64,000 nt of DNA from Malacoraja senta (Eukaryota). Each line of letters opens with the position of its first letter. The first letter of the stretch is position 1. Of this stretch, positions 38,370-50,300 are shown piece after piece. Location of the stretch: contig CM075991.1 in assembly GCA_038087875.1 (NCBI GenBank), positions 3,844,001-3,908,000 of the forward strand, read 5' to 3'. A program made the position numbers and the translations under genes. Below the pieces are notes generated by a model. The model made no database searches. It saw only the letters and a program-made list of their open reading frames with translations, and was not told the DNA's origin.

Positions 38370-38890
38370 TCCCGGAATGCACAGCGGGTGCCGTGCGTGC
38401 GTGTAATGCAGCGTCAGCAGCCTGTTGGCGACACTGTCGCGAAGAGCGGTGAGAGGCAAACCTTCCTGCAGTCGCCGGTGAGGGAGACGAGGGCGAGATG
38501 GGCGCCACCTTCCCCAGCGCGCTCGCGGTTATATTCGCATGTTTTCATACTGCCCTGAAATGACAGGACCGTCGGCAGTCGACCATGAACGGGTAAGTCA
38601 AGTGTTCGCCCTCGCGTCGACCGTGCCAAGGCGGACGATGGCGCGGGTTTTATTTCGTGAAATACGACTGTTATTCGCGGGCCGCGTCGGGTCCCAGCGA
38701 CGACGTAAATGCGTGCCTCTGACGTCAGCCCGGCCTGACGTCAAGGGACGGGCGCGATCGACAGCCAGGTTAGCCAATCAACTGCGGGGGGGCGGGGCGG
38801 GTGAGTCAAGGCGGCAGCCAATGACGGCGGCGAGGAGGCGGGTCGCTGATGGTTCAGGTGGGCAGCCACGTAGTGAGAAATCTGTCACAG
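38370..38890 (+). promoter_or_regulatory. ENTPD4 CpG-island promoter and non-coding exon 1
   Basis: Dense CpG. Two full CRE palindromes TGACGTCA (38720, 38736), CCAAT boxes (38774, 38818), GC boxes (~38786-38800), TGAGTCA (38802), and donor cag|gtgag at 38890. Confidence 0.75.
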
Positions 38891-39217
38891 GTGAGAGCAG
38901 TGGAGTGTGGGGGGGGGGGGGGGGGTCAGTGGATCTACTGTAGTGAGTGCAGGCTGAGGAGAAACGTTGTGCCAACACACCACCAGGAAAAACCACACCA
39001 CCAGGAAAAACAACACCACTTGGGAATAAAGCCTCACTTATCCATCTGTGAAATAAAGAAAGTGAGCCTAACCTTTGATATCCAGACAACAGATGGAGAG
39101 GGGAAACGTCTAATAGAGGTAACTTTCCTGTTTTAGAATGCCTTTTATTGTCATTCAAACAAACAAAAGTTTGAACGAAATTTTAAGTTGTAATCAGTAT
39201 TTCCATGAGCTGCACTG

Positions 39218-40610
39218 ATCATCGGCGGTCACTCGAAACGAGTATGACTGTCCTCTCCTCTCCATAGGGTCGTCTACTTGTGGGTCTGCAGATGTCTGTA
39301 GAGGCCGATCCGCGAGCCACACACCTTGGTGCAACGTGGCCAGTGGAGACGGGCGGTGGTTGGTAGTCATCGAGCCCTCTTCTCTTTCTCCTTACGGTGC
39401 TGTCGCTTTGTCTCTGTGACACGGCGTAGTTCCATTTTGTGACGTGCAGCTCCTTCCTGCACGGATTTCCTCCAGGCGTGCCTGTCCAGTGCAATGAGCT
39501 CCCAGTTGCTCGATGTGATGTGGAATTTCTTCAGACTGTTCTTAATGTTGTCCTTGAAGCGTTTCTTTGGCCCACCGGGGGCTTTCCTTCAATTGAGAGT
39601 ACAGGAATTGTTTAGGGAGACGTGTGTTGGACATGCAGATGACATGGCCAGTCCATCGAAGTTAGTGCTGCATTATTGTGGTGGTGATGTTGGTCATGTT
39701 GACTTCCTCCAAAACGCTGATGTTGGTGCGTTTGTCCTCCCAGCTGATCCTCAGAATCTTTTGTAAGGATCTTTGATGGTATTGTTCCAGGGCTCTCAGG
39801 TGCATGCTGTGAATGGTCCATGACTCGGCTCCATACAACAGGGTGGAGAGGACAACGGCTCTGTAGACCAGCAGTTTTGTTTGAGCCTTTTGGTCTCGGT
39901 CTTCAAAGACTCTTTTCCTAAGTCTGGCGTAGGCTCCACTGGCACAACTCAGGCGATGGTTGACCTCGGAGTCGATGTCAGCTTTTGAGGAAAGAATGCT
40001 GCCAAGGTAGGGGACAGCTGGTTGGGTGGAGGTTGATGTGGGACCTGGGTCTTCTTGATATTTAAGGCTAGGCCCATGGCTCTGTATGCCTTGGCAAAGG
40101 CATTCAGGATGCCCTGGAGGTCTTCTGCAGAGTGTGCTGCAATGGTGCAGTCGTCTGCGTACTGAAGCTCCATGATGGTGGTGTTACTGACTTTGCTCTT
40201 GGCCTTCAACCTATTAAGGTTGAAGAGCCCACCGTCAGTTCTGTAGAGGATTGGGATCCCCTGTGGCAGCTCTTCACCAACGAGGTGAAGTATGGCAGCA
40301 ATGAAGACGACAAACAGGGTGGGTGCGATGATGCATCCCTGTTTGACCCCGTTTCCACAGTGAAGGGCTCGGACTCAGAGGCGCAGTTGCTGAGCACTGT
40401 ACCCGACAAGCCATCAAGTAGAAGCCTCAATATTCTGATGTACTTGTCGTGACAACCGTACCTTGATAGTATGCTCCCAAGAGCCTGGCGGTCTACCGAG
40501 TTAAAAGCCTTTGTCAGGTCTATGAAGGCCATGTACAAAGGCTGCCTTTGTTCACGGCATTTTTCCCGGAGTTGGCGTGCTGTGAATATCATGTTTGCTG
40601 TATCTCTAGA
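39218..40610 (-). mobile_element. RTE-clade LINE fragment (reverse transcriptase, frameshifted)
   Basis: MIFTARQLREKCREQRQPLYMAFIDLTKAF and ELQYADD on the minus strand. Confidence 0.9.
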
Positions 40611-40949
40611 TTAACTGAAATTAAATTCTGTAACTGCTGTGGTGAAATTTGGATTTCTATTTCCATGTTATTATTCCAGTCTGCAAACAACCAGTTGATC
40701 GTTGGAATTGCTGTCATATCATTCTGATCAACATGCCGGTGAGGTATGATCATGCAAATGGATCATAAAATAAGAAAATGTGAAATTGTTAATTTTGACA
40801 GGAATAATTAAATAAATAACCATTTAGTGATGGGAGATTGGAGTTCTGAAATGCAGCGATGTCCAGGTGTAGCAAGAGGCAAGTATGGGGTGGAGCAAAT
40901 AATCATGCCGTTATTATTAATTGCAAGAAAATTGACGACAAAGGTATCA

Positions 40950-41320
40950 AGGTTACGATACAATAGAACTTTATTTATCCCGTGAGGGAAATTGGTCTGC
41001 CAACAGTCATTAAACACAACAAGATACATGAAACATGAAATTAAAAATGACTAGTGGAAAGTCCAGGATTGTGGATGTGCAAAGATTGGGGTGGGGGAAT
41101 GGGAGTCAGTCTACCCCACGACAGAAGGGGGAGGAGATGTACAGTTTGATAGCCACAGGGGAAAAAGGATCTTCTGTGGCGTTCTGTGCTGCATCTTGTT
41201 GGAACCAGTCTGTTGCTGGAGGTGCTCCTCAGGTTGTCCAGTGTGTCATGGAGGGGGAGAGCTGTATTGTCCAAGATGCTCCACAGTTTGAGGAGCATCC
41301 TCCCCTCCAAGATGTCAGGT
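40950..41320 (-). mobile_element. Rex1/Babar-like LINE 3' fragment
   Basis: ILDNTALPLHDTL...TERHRRSFFP. Confidence 0.65.
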
Positions 41321-42739
41321 GTATTAGTGCTGGAGCAGAAGAGATTCACTCGGGTAATTCTTGTGATCAGTGGCTTGTCCTATTAGGAGCGGCTAAAAAG
41401 TTGGATCATTTTCTTTTATTTGGATTTTTGAAAAATGAGGGATCACCTTATTGAAACACACAAGATCCTGGCAGATATTTTCAAGATAAGAGTGTGGTCA
41501 TTTAAAGGTCAGGTACATAGAATTTATCCCGTCAGCAAGAATGTGGATCATACTATCCACATGGTTGTGGAGTTGAGATCATCAAAGGTATTTAAGTGGA
41601 AGTTGATCAGTTTTTGAAAGACCAGAAAATTGAGGGCCAGAAGATGTGTTGAGGCCCACTTGAGAGGCCAGATAATCTACTTGTGCTCCTATTTTCTGGT
41701 GTTCCATTTAATCATAATCATACTTTATTAGCCAAGTATGTTTTGCAACATACGAGGAATTTCATTTACCATACAGTCATACCAATAAAAGCAACAAACC
41801 ACATTTTGACATAAACATCCACCACACTAACTCCTCCACATTCCTCACTGTGATGGAAGGTGAAAAAAAAGTTAAATCGCTTCCCTTCTTTGTTCTCCCG
41901 TGGTCGGGGGCCTCGAGCCTTCTGTTGACGCGGCGATCTTGGCTCCCGTTGCCGGCGGCGTTCGGGCCCTCGATTCGGGGAGATCAAGTTCCTGCATCGG
42001 GGGTAATCTCAGCTCCCTCGCACCGGGTGATCTGACCCCAGGTTACAGCTGGTTGAAACCTTCTGCATCGTTTGGAGCTTCCCGACATCGGTCTCTACCC
42101 GAGACTGCGAGCTCCTCGATGGTGAAATCCGCAGGTTGGTTGGTTGGAGCGTCAATCCCAGGCAAGGGATCAGCTCCGATGGTAAGTCCATGGTGGGGCT
42201 CAAAGTCAGTCCCGAGCAAGGCCTCCAGCTCCATGATGTTAGGTCGCAGAGCGACCGGAGATATGATCTGGAAAACAATCGCATCTCCGGCAAGGTAACT
42301 GATTGAAAAAAAAGTTTCCCCTGACCCCCTCCCCCATAAAATAAACCAGAGAACATTAACTTTTAAAACACACTAAAAATAACATAAAAAGACAAAAAGA
42401 CAGACTGTTGGCGAGGTTGCCATCTGTGCGGTGCCCCCTGGTGGTAATCTGTTTAACTTATTGGACATGGGAACATCCTGTTTTAATATTCATAGTTCTA
42501 GCAGCAGAATTAGGCCATTTGGCCTATCCAGTTTGCTCTGCCATTGCTGATATATCTTTCCCTCTCAACCCCATTCTCTTGCCTTTGCCCTATAACCCCC
42601 GACACCCTTACTAATCAAGAATCTGTCAAACTCCACTTTAAAAATATCCATTGACCTGGCACCCAGAGCCATCTGTGGCAATGAATTCCACAGTCACCAC
42701 TCTCTGACCAAAGAAATTACTCACTCCAGGTCCAAATTA

Positions 42740-43595
42740 ATCAAGTCAAGTCAAGTCAAGTCAAGTCAAGTGAGTTTATTGTCATGTATCCCTGGTAGGA
42801 CAATGAAATTCTTGCTTTGCTTGAGCACAACAGAACATAGTAGGCATTTACTACAAGGCATTCTATAAATATATACACAATGGTCAATATACTGATAAAG
42901 TGCAAATAACAGTATTGGCTAGTAAAGTTCAGTGTTATGTCCGAGCCAGGTTTAATAGCCTGATGGCTGTGGGGAAGTAGCTGTTCCTGAACCTGGTCGT
43001 TGCAGTCTTCAGGCTCCTGTACCTTCTACCTGAAGGTAGTAGGGAGATGAGTGTGTGGCCAGGATGGTGTGGGTCCTTGATGATGCTGCCAGCCTTTTTG
43101 AGGCAGCGACTGTGGTAGATCCCCTCGATGGAAGGGAGGTCAGAGCCGATGATGGACTGGGCAGTGTTTACTACTTTTTGTAGTCTTTTCCTCTCCAGGG
43201 CACTCAAGTTGCCGAACCAAGCCACGATGCAACCGGTCAGCATGCTCTCTACTGTGCACCTGTAGAAGTTAGAGAGAGTCCTCCTTGACAAACCGACTCT
43301 CCGTAATCTTCTCAGGAAGTAGAGGCGCTGACGTGCTTTCTTAATAATGGCATCATTGTTCTCGGACCAGGAAAGATCTTCAGAGATGTGCACGCCCAGG
43401 AATTTGAAGCTCTTGACCCTTTCAACCATCGACCCGTTGATATAAACGGGACTGTGGGTCCCCATCCTACTCCTTCCAAAGTCCACAATCAGTTCCTTGG
43501 TTTTGCTGGTGTTGAGGGCCAGGTTGTTGTGCTGGCACCATATGGACAGTTGCTCGATCTCTCTTCTATACTCTGACTCATCCCCATCAGTGATA
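42740..43595 (-). mobile_element. Rex1/Babar-like LINE 3' fragment with (cttga)n tail
   Basis: DESEYRREIEQLSIWCQHNNLALNTSKTKELIVDF...LLPSGRRYRS...TTRFRNSYFP. Confidence 0.85.
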
Positions 43596-44297
43596 CTGAT
43601 GGGGATGAGTCTGGGTACTCTGAATCCATTAACATTCCAATCCACCGCACAAAATTTGAATATCCCTTTGGTTCATTCTCTGTCTCGTCAGGGAATGTTT
43701 CTTGCATCCCGTCTGTCCCCTCCCGCACCTGGTCACTGTAGAAGTTGTTATGATGCTGTATAACATCGTAAAACTAGTTGATTGTTTGGGAATTGATGTC
43801 ACTGGCATCCAGTGGTCCTGAAAATCGCCCAGTCTGGCATCGTCAGAGTCCCGTGTGCTGGATTATTGGAGTTTTACTGTATTTGCAAAGGTTTCTGTGA
43901 AAGGTCGAATGTAACATTATTTATATCACAAGGACACTTACTGGAAAAAAAAGTTGCACCAATGACCTGAGGATATGGTCCAATCTCATCACAGCTGTGG
44001 TATTAAAATCAAGTTAAGCTCTGTGTGTGCGGTAAGAAAAACATTGTTTGAGTTTGTCAGGCACTATGCGGCATTTGTAAAGATGGTATTTATAACAGAA
44101 GTATCTTTTGAACATGTGTGAACAACATGTAATATTTTATTAGTAACTGCGTCCAAAGCGCTGATTCCTTTTTTTATTGGAACAGGATAAAAATGTCTAC
44201 ATGGCAGAGCTGTGAACAGCGCTCAACCAATCTTCGATACATTGACGGCACATAGTCGCTTCTTCTCGTCGTTGCATGCTTAGAGCAAATATTTGCC

Positions 44298-44305
44298 ATG
44301 GGAAG
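44298..44305 (+). CDS. ENTPD4: ENTPD4 start exon (MGR), exon begins ~44186
   Basis: gccATGGGAAG|gtaag with strong Kozak context. Confidence 0.88.
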
Positions 44306-47300
44306 GTAAGGATTCTAATACCCTACATTGCATGAATGTGCAACATGTACCCTATGTTGATCAATTATGTATTTCTCTGGCAAATTGCTTTGCACGCAAG
44401 TTGACCAGTTAGCATTGCTTAAAACTAGAACTTTCCTCCATTTTTCCCATTAGTAGACCTGACTTAAAATTGAATTATTCACATTTTTCGCTGTCTCCAA
44501 GACAATGTACTCTAATTTGTCTGATTTTCTGGTGAAAGGATTTTGAATTAAGTTTATTCCTTTTTTTTTAATCCAACGCCTGCATCCACCTATAACTTGC
44601 CAGACTTTGTCCTGCCTGTAATTCTCTTCCAGCTTTCTTTCCTTCACCACCCCATCCCCCACAACAATCAGTCTGAAGAAGTGTCCTGACCCAAAACCTC
44701 ATCTGTCCATGTTCTCCAAAGATGCTGCCTGACCCACTGCATTACTCTGGCACTTTCAGCACTTTGTCTTTTTCTGAAGTGCTATTACTGTTCCAATGTA
44801 GCAAACGTTACAGTCAATTTGCACTGGGCCATCTTTCATCTCACACACAACAATGTGATTAATCTGATGTTTTTTTTATTGCAAGAAGTCAAGGAATAAA
44901 ACGATAGCACTCCTGTGTCTGTGGAGATTTTCTACTGTCACTTGGATCTGCAATCATCAGACTCATTGCAATGTGGTTAATTTTCAACAACCCTCTTAAA
45001 TGACGTGGCAAGCATGTTTTCAGTGCAGCACTTCGCAAGAGCAATTAGTAATGGCTGATAAAACTGGACTCTTCCTGCGAATGAGCCTTTAATATTCATG
45101 ACCTTGTATCTTGCAAAGATACACATGGGTTAATCTGGTCAGTTGAATTGGTGATTCTGTAATTTAGTGCATGGCTTGCATGTACAAATATATTCTTGCA
45201 CTAATTAACCTTAGTGTTTGCCCTTCAGATTGCCTTTTTTTTTTGCTGTTGAGAAGTGTAACTTTTGCACGATTGAGCAAGAATCTGTTATTTTGATCTG
45301 TATTAAAATGTTGCAGCGCTTTTTGTTGCAGATAACAACTTTACTATTTTATAGGTTCTGCATCTCCTGCTTATTTCCTGCTTCGTGGCATTTCAGTTTA
45401 TCGCCTTCAGCGTGCCCTCGGCCTTTAAACACGACCTATCGTCAGTTGACAGCTGTTGCATTGCTCACCATTTTAGTCTCACTGCTCTACATTTTGCTGG
45501 TCTTGGACAGGAATCGATGGGGACGTTTTTACCAGGATAATGGAAATAGGTATTGTATTATGTGCTGGGGTTTTTTAAACCACTATCACCGCTAGGGTTC
45601 AAATACTGTTCATCCTTCTTGCATCCTTGGTGTTGAAATTGACACTGAACCCTTCCCCTGAATCGAACCCCCATTGAAATTCCCCAATTGTACCAACCCT
45701 CACGGTCCCTCAGATCCACATCAGCTGGTCTCCTCTCCACTCCGAAATCAAACCTCTGCACTTTTGGAGGCAGAGCCTTCTCCAGGGCAGCTCCCAGGCT
45801 CTGGAATTCCCTCCTACAACTGGTCCGAAATTCTGAGTCCCTCGCCATTTTCCAGTCCCGCCTCAAGACCCATCTCTTCACCTCTGCATACCCTTAGTCC
45901 CATGTTCCCATCCCCTTTGCATCTCTGTCTTACTGCTCTATTGTGTTTTGTTTATTCTTGACTCTCAATGTAAAGCGACTTTGAGTCCTGAAAAGCGCTA
46001 TATAAATAAAATCTATTATTATTATTATCCAAGAGTCTCCAATCAATCTCTAAAAGTGAAAGAAGGTCCTGTGTTTATGGAACAATGCTCAATCATGGTT
46101 CAATGGTTCTTTATTATCACGGTACCAAGGTCCAGTGAAATTCTTTTTTTTTTCGCGTATAGATCAGTAAAATTATTGCTAAACATAATTTTACTGATGA
46201 AGTTGTTGAAGTACAAAACGCATAGAGCCAGCCCACTGAGTCCATATGCAAGAGTGGTTTTGGTGCCTTTTTCATAGTCCCAGCTGTAACTGGCCATAAA
46301 GGCCCATTGCAGATGTGCAGTATTGGCTTCTCAAGGATATTTGACAGTGTCAGTAGGTGTGGTCTGAACATATATACACACTTGTAAAGAACTCTTCATG
46401 CTCGTCCACAAATTACAACATTTATTGACCATTTTCAGTATGGGGAAACCAGATCTGGTGTGAATTTCGATGTGGACAGAAGAGTTTGACAGGTTGTGAA
46501 GTTCAAGTCCAGCTAGTGAAGCATTGCAATAATTAAGAATGGAGGTGGCAAATATTGTGATTTTTGAACATGGTCCAGAATGGCTGTGCATTCCCAGAAC
46601 CACATTTCTATTCAATTTTACTGCTTCTTTATCACTGGTTACAGAATAAAAGAGAAGTGACGGAAATCTGAAATTAAAACAGAAAATCCGTAGAAGTGTT
46701 TGTCGAGGACCTGAAAATAAAAATGATGTGATTCTTATTTTGAATAATAGTGTCTGATCAAGACTGGATTCTTGATGATCCAGAGTGAGATACTGAAAGG
46801 AAAATTCTTGAACTGTCAGAAAGTCGGTTTTGGGCAACATCTGAACAGTGAGGAGCTGAGCTATTGTTTTAAGTCACTGACCTTTTCACCAGAATTGTTT
46901 CAGAAACAGAAACATAGAAAATAGGTGCAGGAATGGGTCATTCGGACCTTCGAGCCAACACAGCCATTCAATATGATCATGGCTGATCATCCATGAATCA
47001 GTACCCCTTCCTGCTTTCTTCCCATATTCCTTGATTCCGTTAGCCCTAAGAGCTATATCCAACTCTCTTAAATATATCCAGTGAATTGGCCTCTACTGCC
47101 CTCTGTGGCAGAAAATTCAACAGATTCACAACTCTCTGGGTGAAAGGGTTTTCCTTATATCAGTCCTAAATGGCCTACCCCTTATTCTTAAAGTATGACC
47201 CCTGGTTCTGGACTCCCCCAACATCGGGAACTTTTTTCCTGCATTTAGCCTGCTCAATCCCTTAAAATTTTTATATGTTTCTATAAGATCCCTCTCATCC

Positions 47301-50300
47301 TTCTAAATTCCAGTGAATACAAGCCCAGTCGATCCATTCTTTCATCATATATCAGTCCCGCCATCCCTGGTGAACCTACGCTGCGCTCCGTCAATAGCAA
47401 GAATTTTGGAGGGTTTTTTGGCCTAATTCCTCTATGTCTTATGATCATATGGTAAAAAATGGAGCTTGTTGTGGCTCCGAGAGATTGGTATGCGATAGAA
47501 GAAGGTTTGAGGCCATGACAATGATGATGTGGCATGTTGAAGGTTCTGTTCACTTGAAATGGATCCCACATCTAATTGGGCAACCTCCTTTAAACTTCAC
47601 CCATTTTCTCTGCCTTTGTTATCTCCGGTGTTTTTTCCAGTTACCCACTTATGTTTGCACCCTCAGTTCGTTCAAGGTCAACTAAAAGTCTGTTGTCCAC
47701 ATCCTAACTTGCACGAAGACCTGTTTGCCCATCTCACAGTGCCACCTGGCCTTCCTGACTCCCGATCTGACAATGGCATGATTTTAAATCCCCATATGGC
47801 CCTTGCTCTTAACTCGGGATAATCCATACCCTTTGTAACCATTGCCAGACTCTTTGTCCATTTCGAAACGCACACCAGATCTCCGTCTTGTGTGCATCAT
47901 CAGTTTTAATGACCCACTCAATTGCATTGTGATTCCATCTGGTAAAGCCCCATTCCTTAAAACCACTGCCCAACATTTGGTCATTTTTGCCCTAAAAACC
48001 TCTTGTAGATCAGTATTAACTTTTGACAACTTTTAAACCGTGTAGTATCTTGGGCTTCGTACCATTTATTAACATTCTGTTTTGCAGATACTTAACCAAA
48101 TTGATAGACATGGAGGCCACTGATATAAAGAATCCTTACTTGAACTATGGCATAGTAATAGACTGTGGGAGTAGTGGCTCAAGACTCTTTGTGTACTGCT
48201 GGCCAAGACACAACGGGAACCCACACGATCTCCTCGACATCAAACAGATGAGGGGCAAGAACAGTCTACCTGTGGTGATGAAGATTAAGCCAGGTAGGAT
48301 TTGCCCGTCAAAATCAGCTGAAAGAATTGCTTTTGATCTTTGAATTTGCACTGTTTTGTAAAAATGCTGAGGATTAGATTTTTTTCTTTTAAGGTCATTA
48401 AAATCCGCGTGTAAATATGTTTTGATAGTAGATGGAAAAATATTCTTTCAATTTTTTTTTATTGCGTACAACTGATAATTAAAAATGTGCATTATTCATA
48501 AGCGACAGATACTGTACGAAGTTTTTTTGTTTTATTTAACACTGGTCTCTTTTTCTGCAGGTATTTCCGACCTGGCATCTACACCAGAAAAAGCTAGTGA
48601 TTACCTCGCACCTCTTTTGAATTTTGCTGCAGACCATATTCCTCATTCTAAACATCAAGAGACTCCTTTATACATCCTATGCACGGCAGGCATGAGGATT
48701 GTGCCTGAAAAGTAATTGTTTACTTACGATTTTTTTTGAATAAAAAAGATTTATTCCATTCAGGTGGTGAGGCAAAGTGTCTGAAGTTAAATAGCAGAAG
48801 CCATACATTAATTGTTTCACGGTATTTGTACCATGAGTTGACCTGTTAATGGTTTTTATTCTTCCTTCGCACATACACTGCTGTAAGAAACCGATTGATG
48901 CCGAGTTTGCAATCTCCCCATTTTGTAATACAACACCACGGGCAGTGAAAAAAATCAAGTTCTATCACATTTCCAACCATTGACCTCCTTTGGGGTCAGA
49001 CATGTAGAGCTGTGTAGTTGGGCCAGTTGCTCACCGCACAGTGACACCATTAAGAGGTGTGGTTGTGTTTCACTGGAACTATAATGTTTCAGGACTGGAG
49101 CAACAATTAAAATGCAGAATAAATTTCATAGAAATTTGCAGCTCTGAAAGAAACCATCCTTATACGTGGCAGCTGAAAAATAAAGTACTCTGTGGTTTGG
49201 GCAACGAAATTGTGAAGTAAATGTCTGGTAAATGTTACCTAGTTTAAGAGGGTTTGTGAGCCTTAGATTGTGAGTCTGGACCTTGAGTCCGAAATAAAGT
49301 TTATTATTATTATTAAGCATGGCGTGTTTCCTGCTGACATAAAATCTGGGTGTAATATGGGGTAGATTGGAACACCTGAGAGAATCTAACACTTGTCTGT
49401 CTTTGCTTTGAGAAATGAAGCCAATGCAAATCAGGAATTAGAAAAATTTGTGCCGTATTTGATCTGGTGGGTGTGAAGGATTTGAGTTTGGATATAAATA
49501 TTAAGTAGAAGTAGCAGTGTGCCTGAGAATACAAGAAGGCAGAGCAGGAGACAGCAGATGTTGAAGTGTGGAGCAAAAAATAAACTGCTGTAAGAAATCA
49601 GCAGGTCATACAGAATCCATGGAGACAAAAGGGTGGTTAACGTTTAGGGTTGCTCAAAATGTATGAGCGAATAACTTTTGCATTTGACCAAAATGGCCGA
49701 TCCCATGCCCTGAGGGGCCCATTGCTTTGAGATCTCCAGTCAGAACTCAATGGGATCACCTATACATCAGTGAAAGTAGGCCCATCCTGCTCAATTGTCT
49801 TGTTTTCATCCTTAAGCTGGAACCCCTTCATACAGAACAGAACGGTCCCTAATTTCATATTGTAGTAGCATGAATAAGTAGTAGTATTGTATTGGGTAGA
49901 CTGATGTCAATTTGGGCAACAATGGAGATGGTCAGAGGGTCTCCTTAACTGTTTTCAGTTACTGGGGAATAAATTTGGCTTCGGGTTGGAAAGCATTCCA
50001 TCCATTTCCGGCGCAACTCAGTATGGGTTTGACTGTGATGTCTCCACTGTCAAATCTGCTAATAGTCCATATTACATTGAGAAGTCAATTTTGATGGGGG
50101 GTTAGCAGTTGACAGATTGCCCTGGCTTGAAACATACAAATTAGGGAACACAAAGCCACTTATTTTGCCTCTACCCAGTGTGAACTACTTTATTAAAACT
50201 GTTGACCATTGACTTTTCTTGCTTGGCAGCCAGCAAAATGCCATACTTGAAGATCTCCGTACAGATATCCCACTTCACTATGATTTCCTGTTTGCAGACT

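Noticed and set aside
38349..39158. GC-rich ORFs (up to 134 aa) over the CpG island
   Set aside because: No recognisable homology; expected from stop-codon scarcity in GC-rich promoter DNA.
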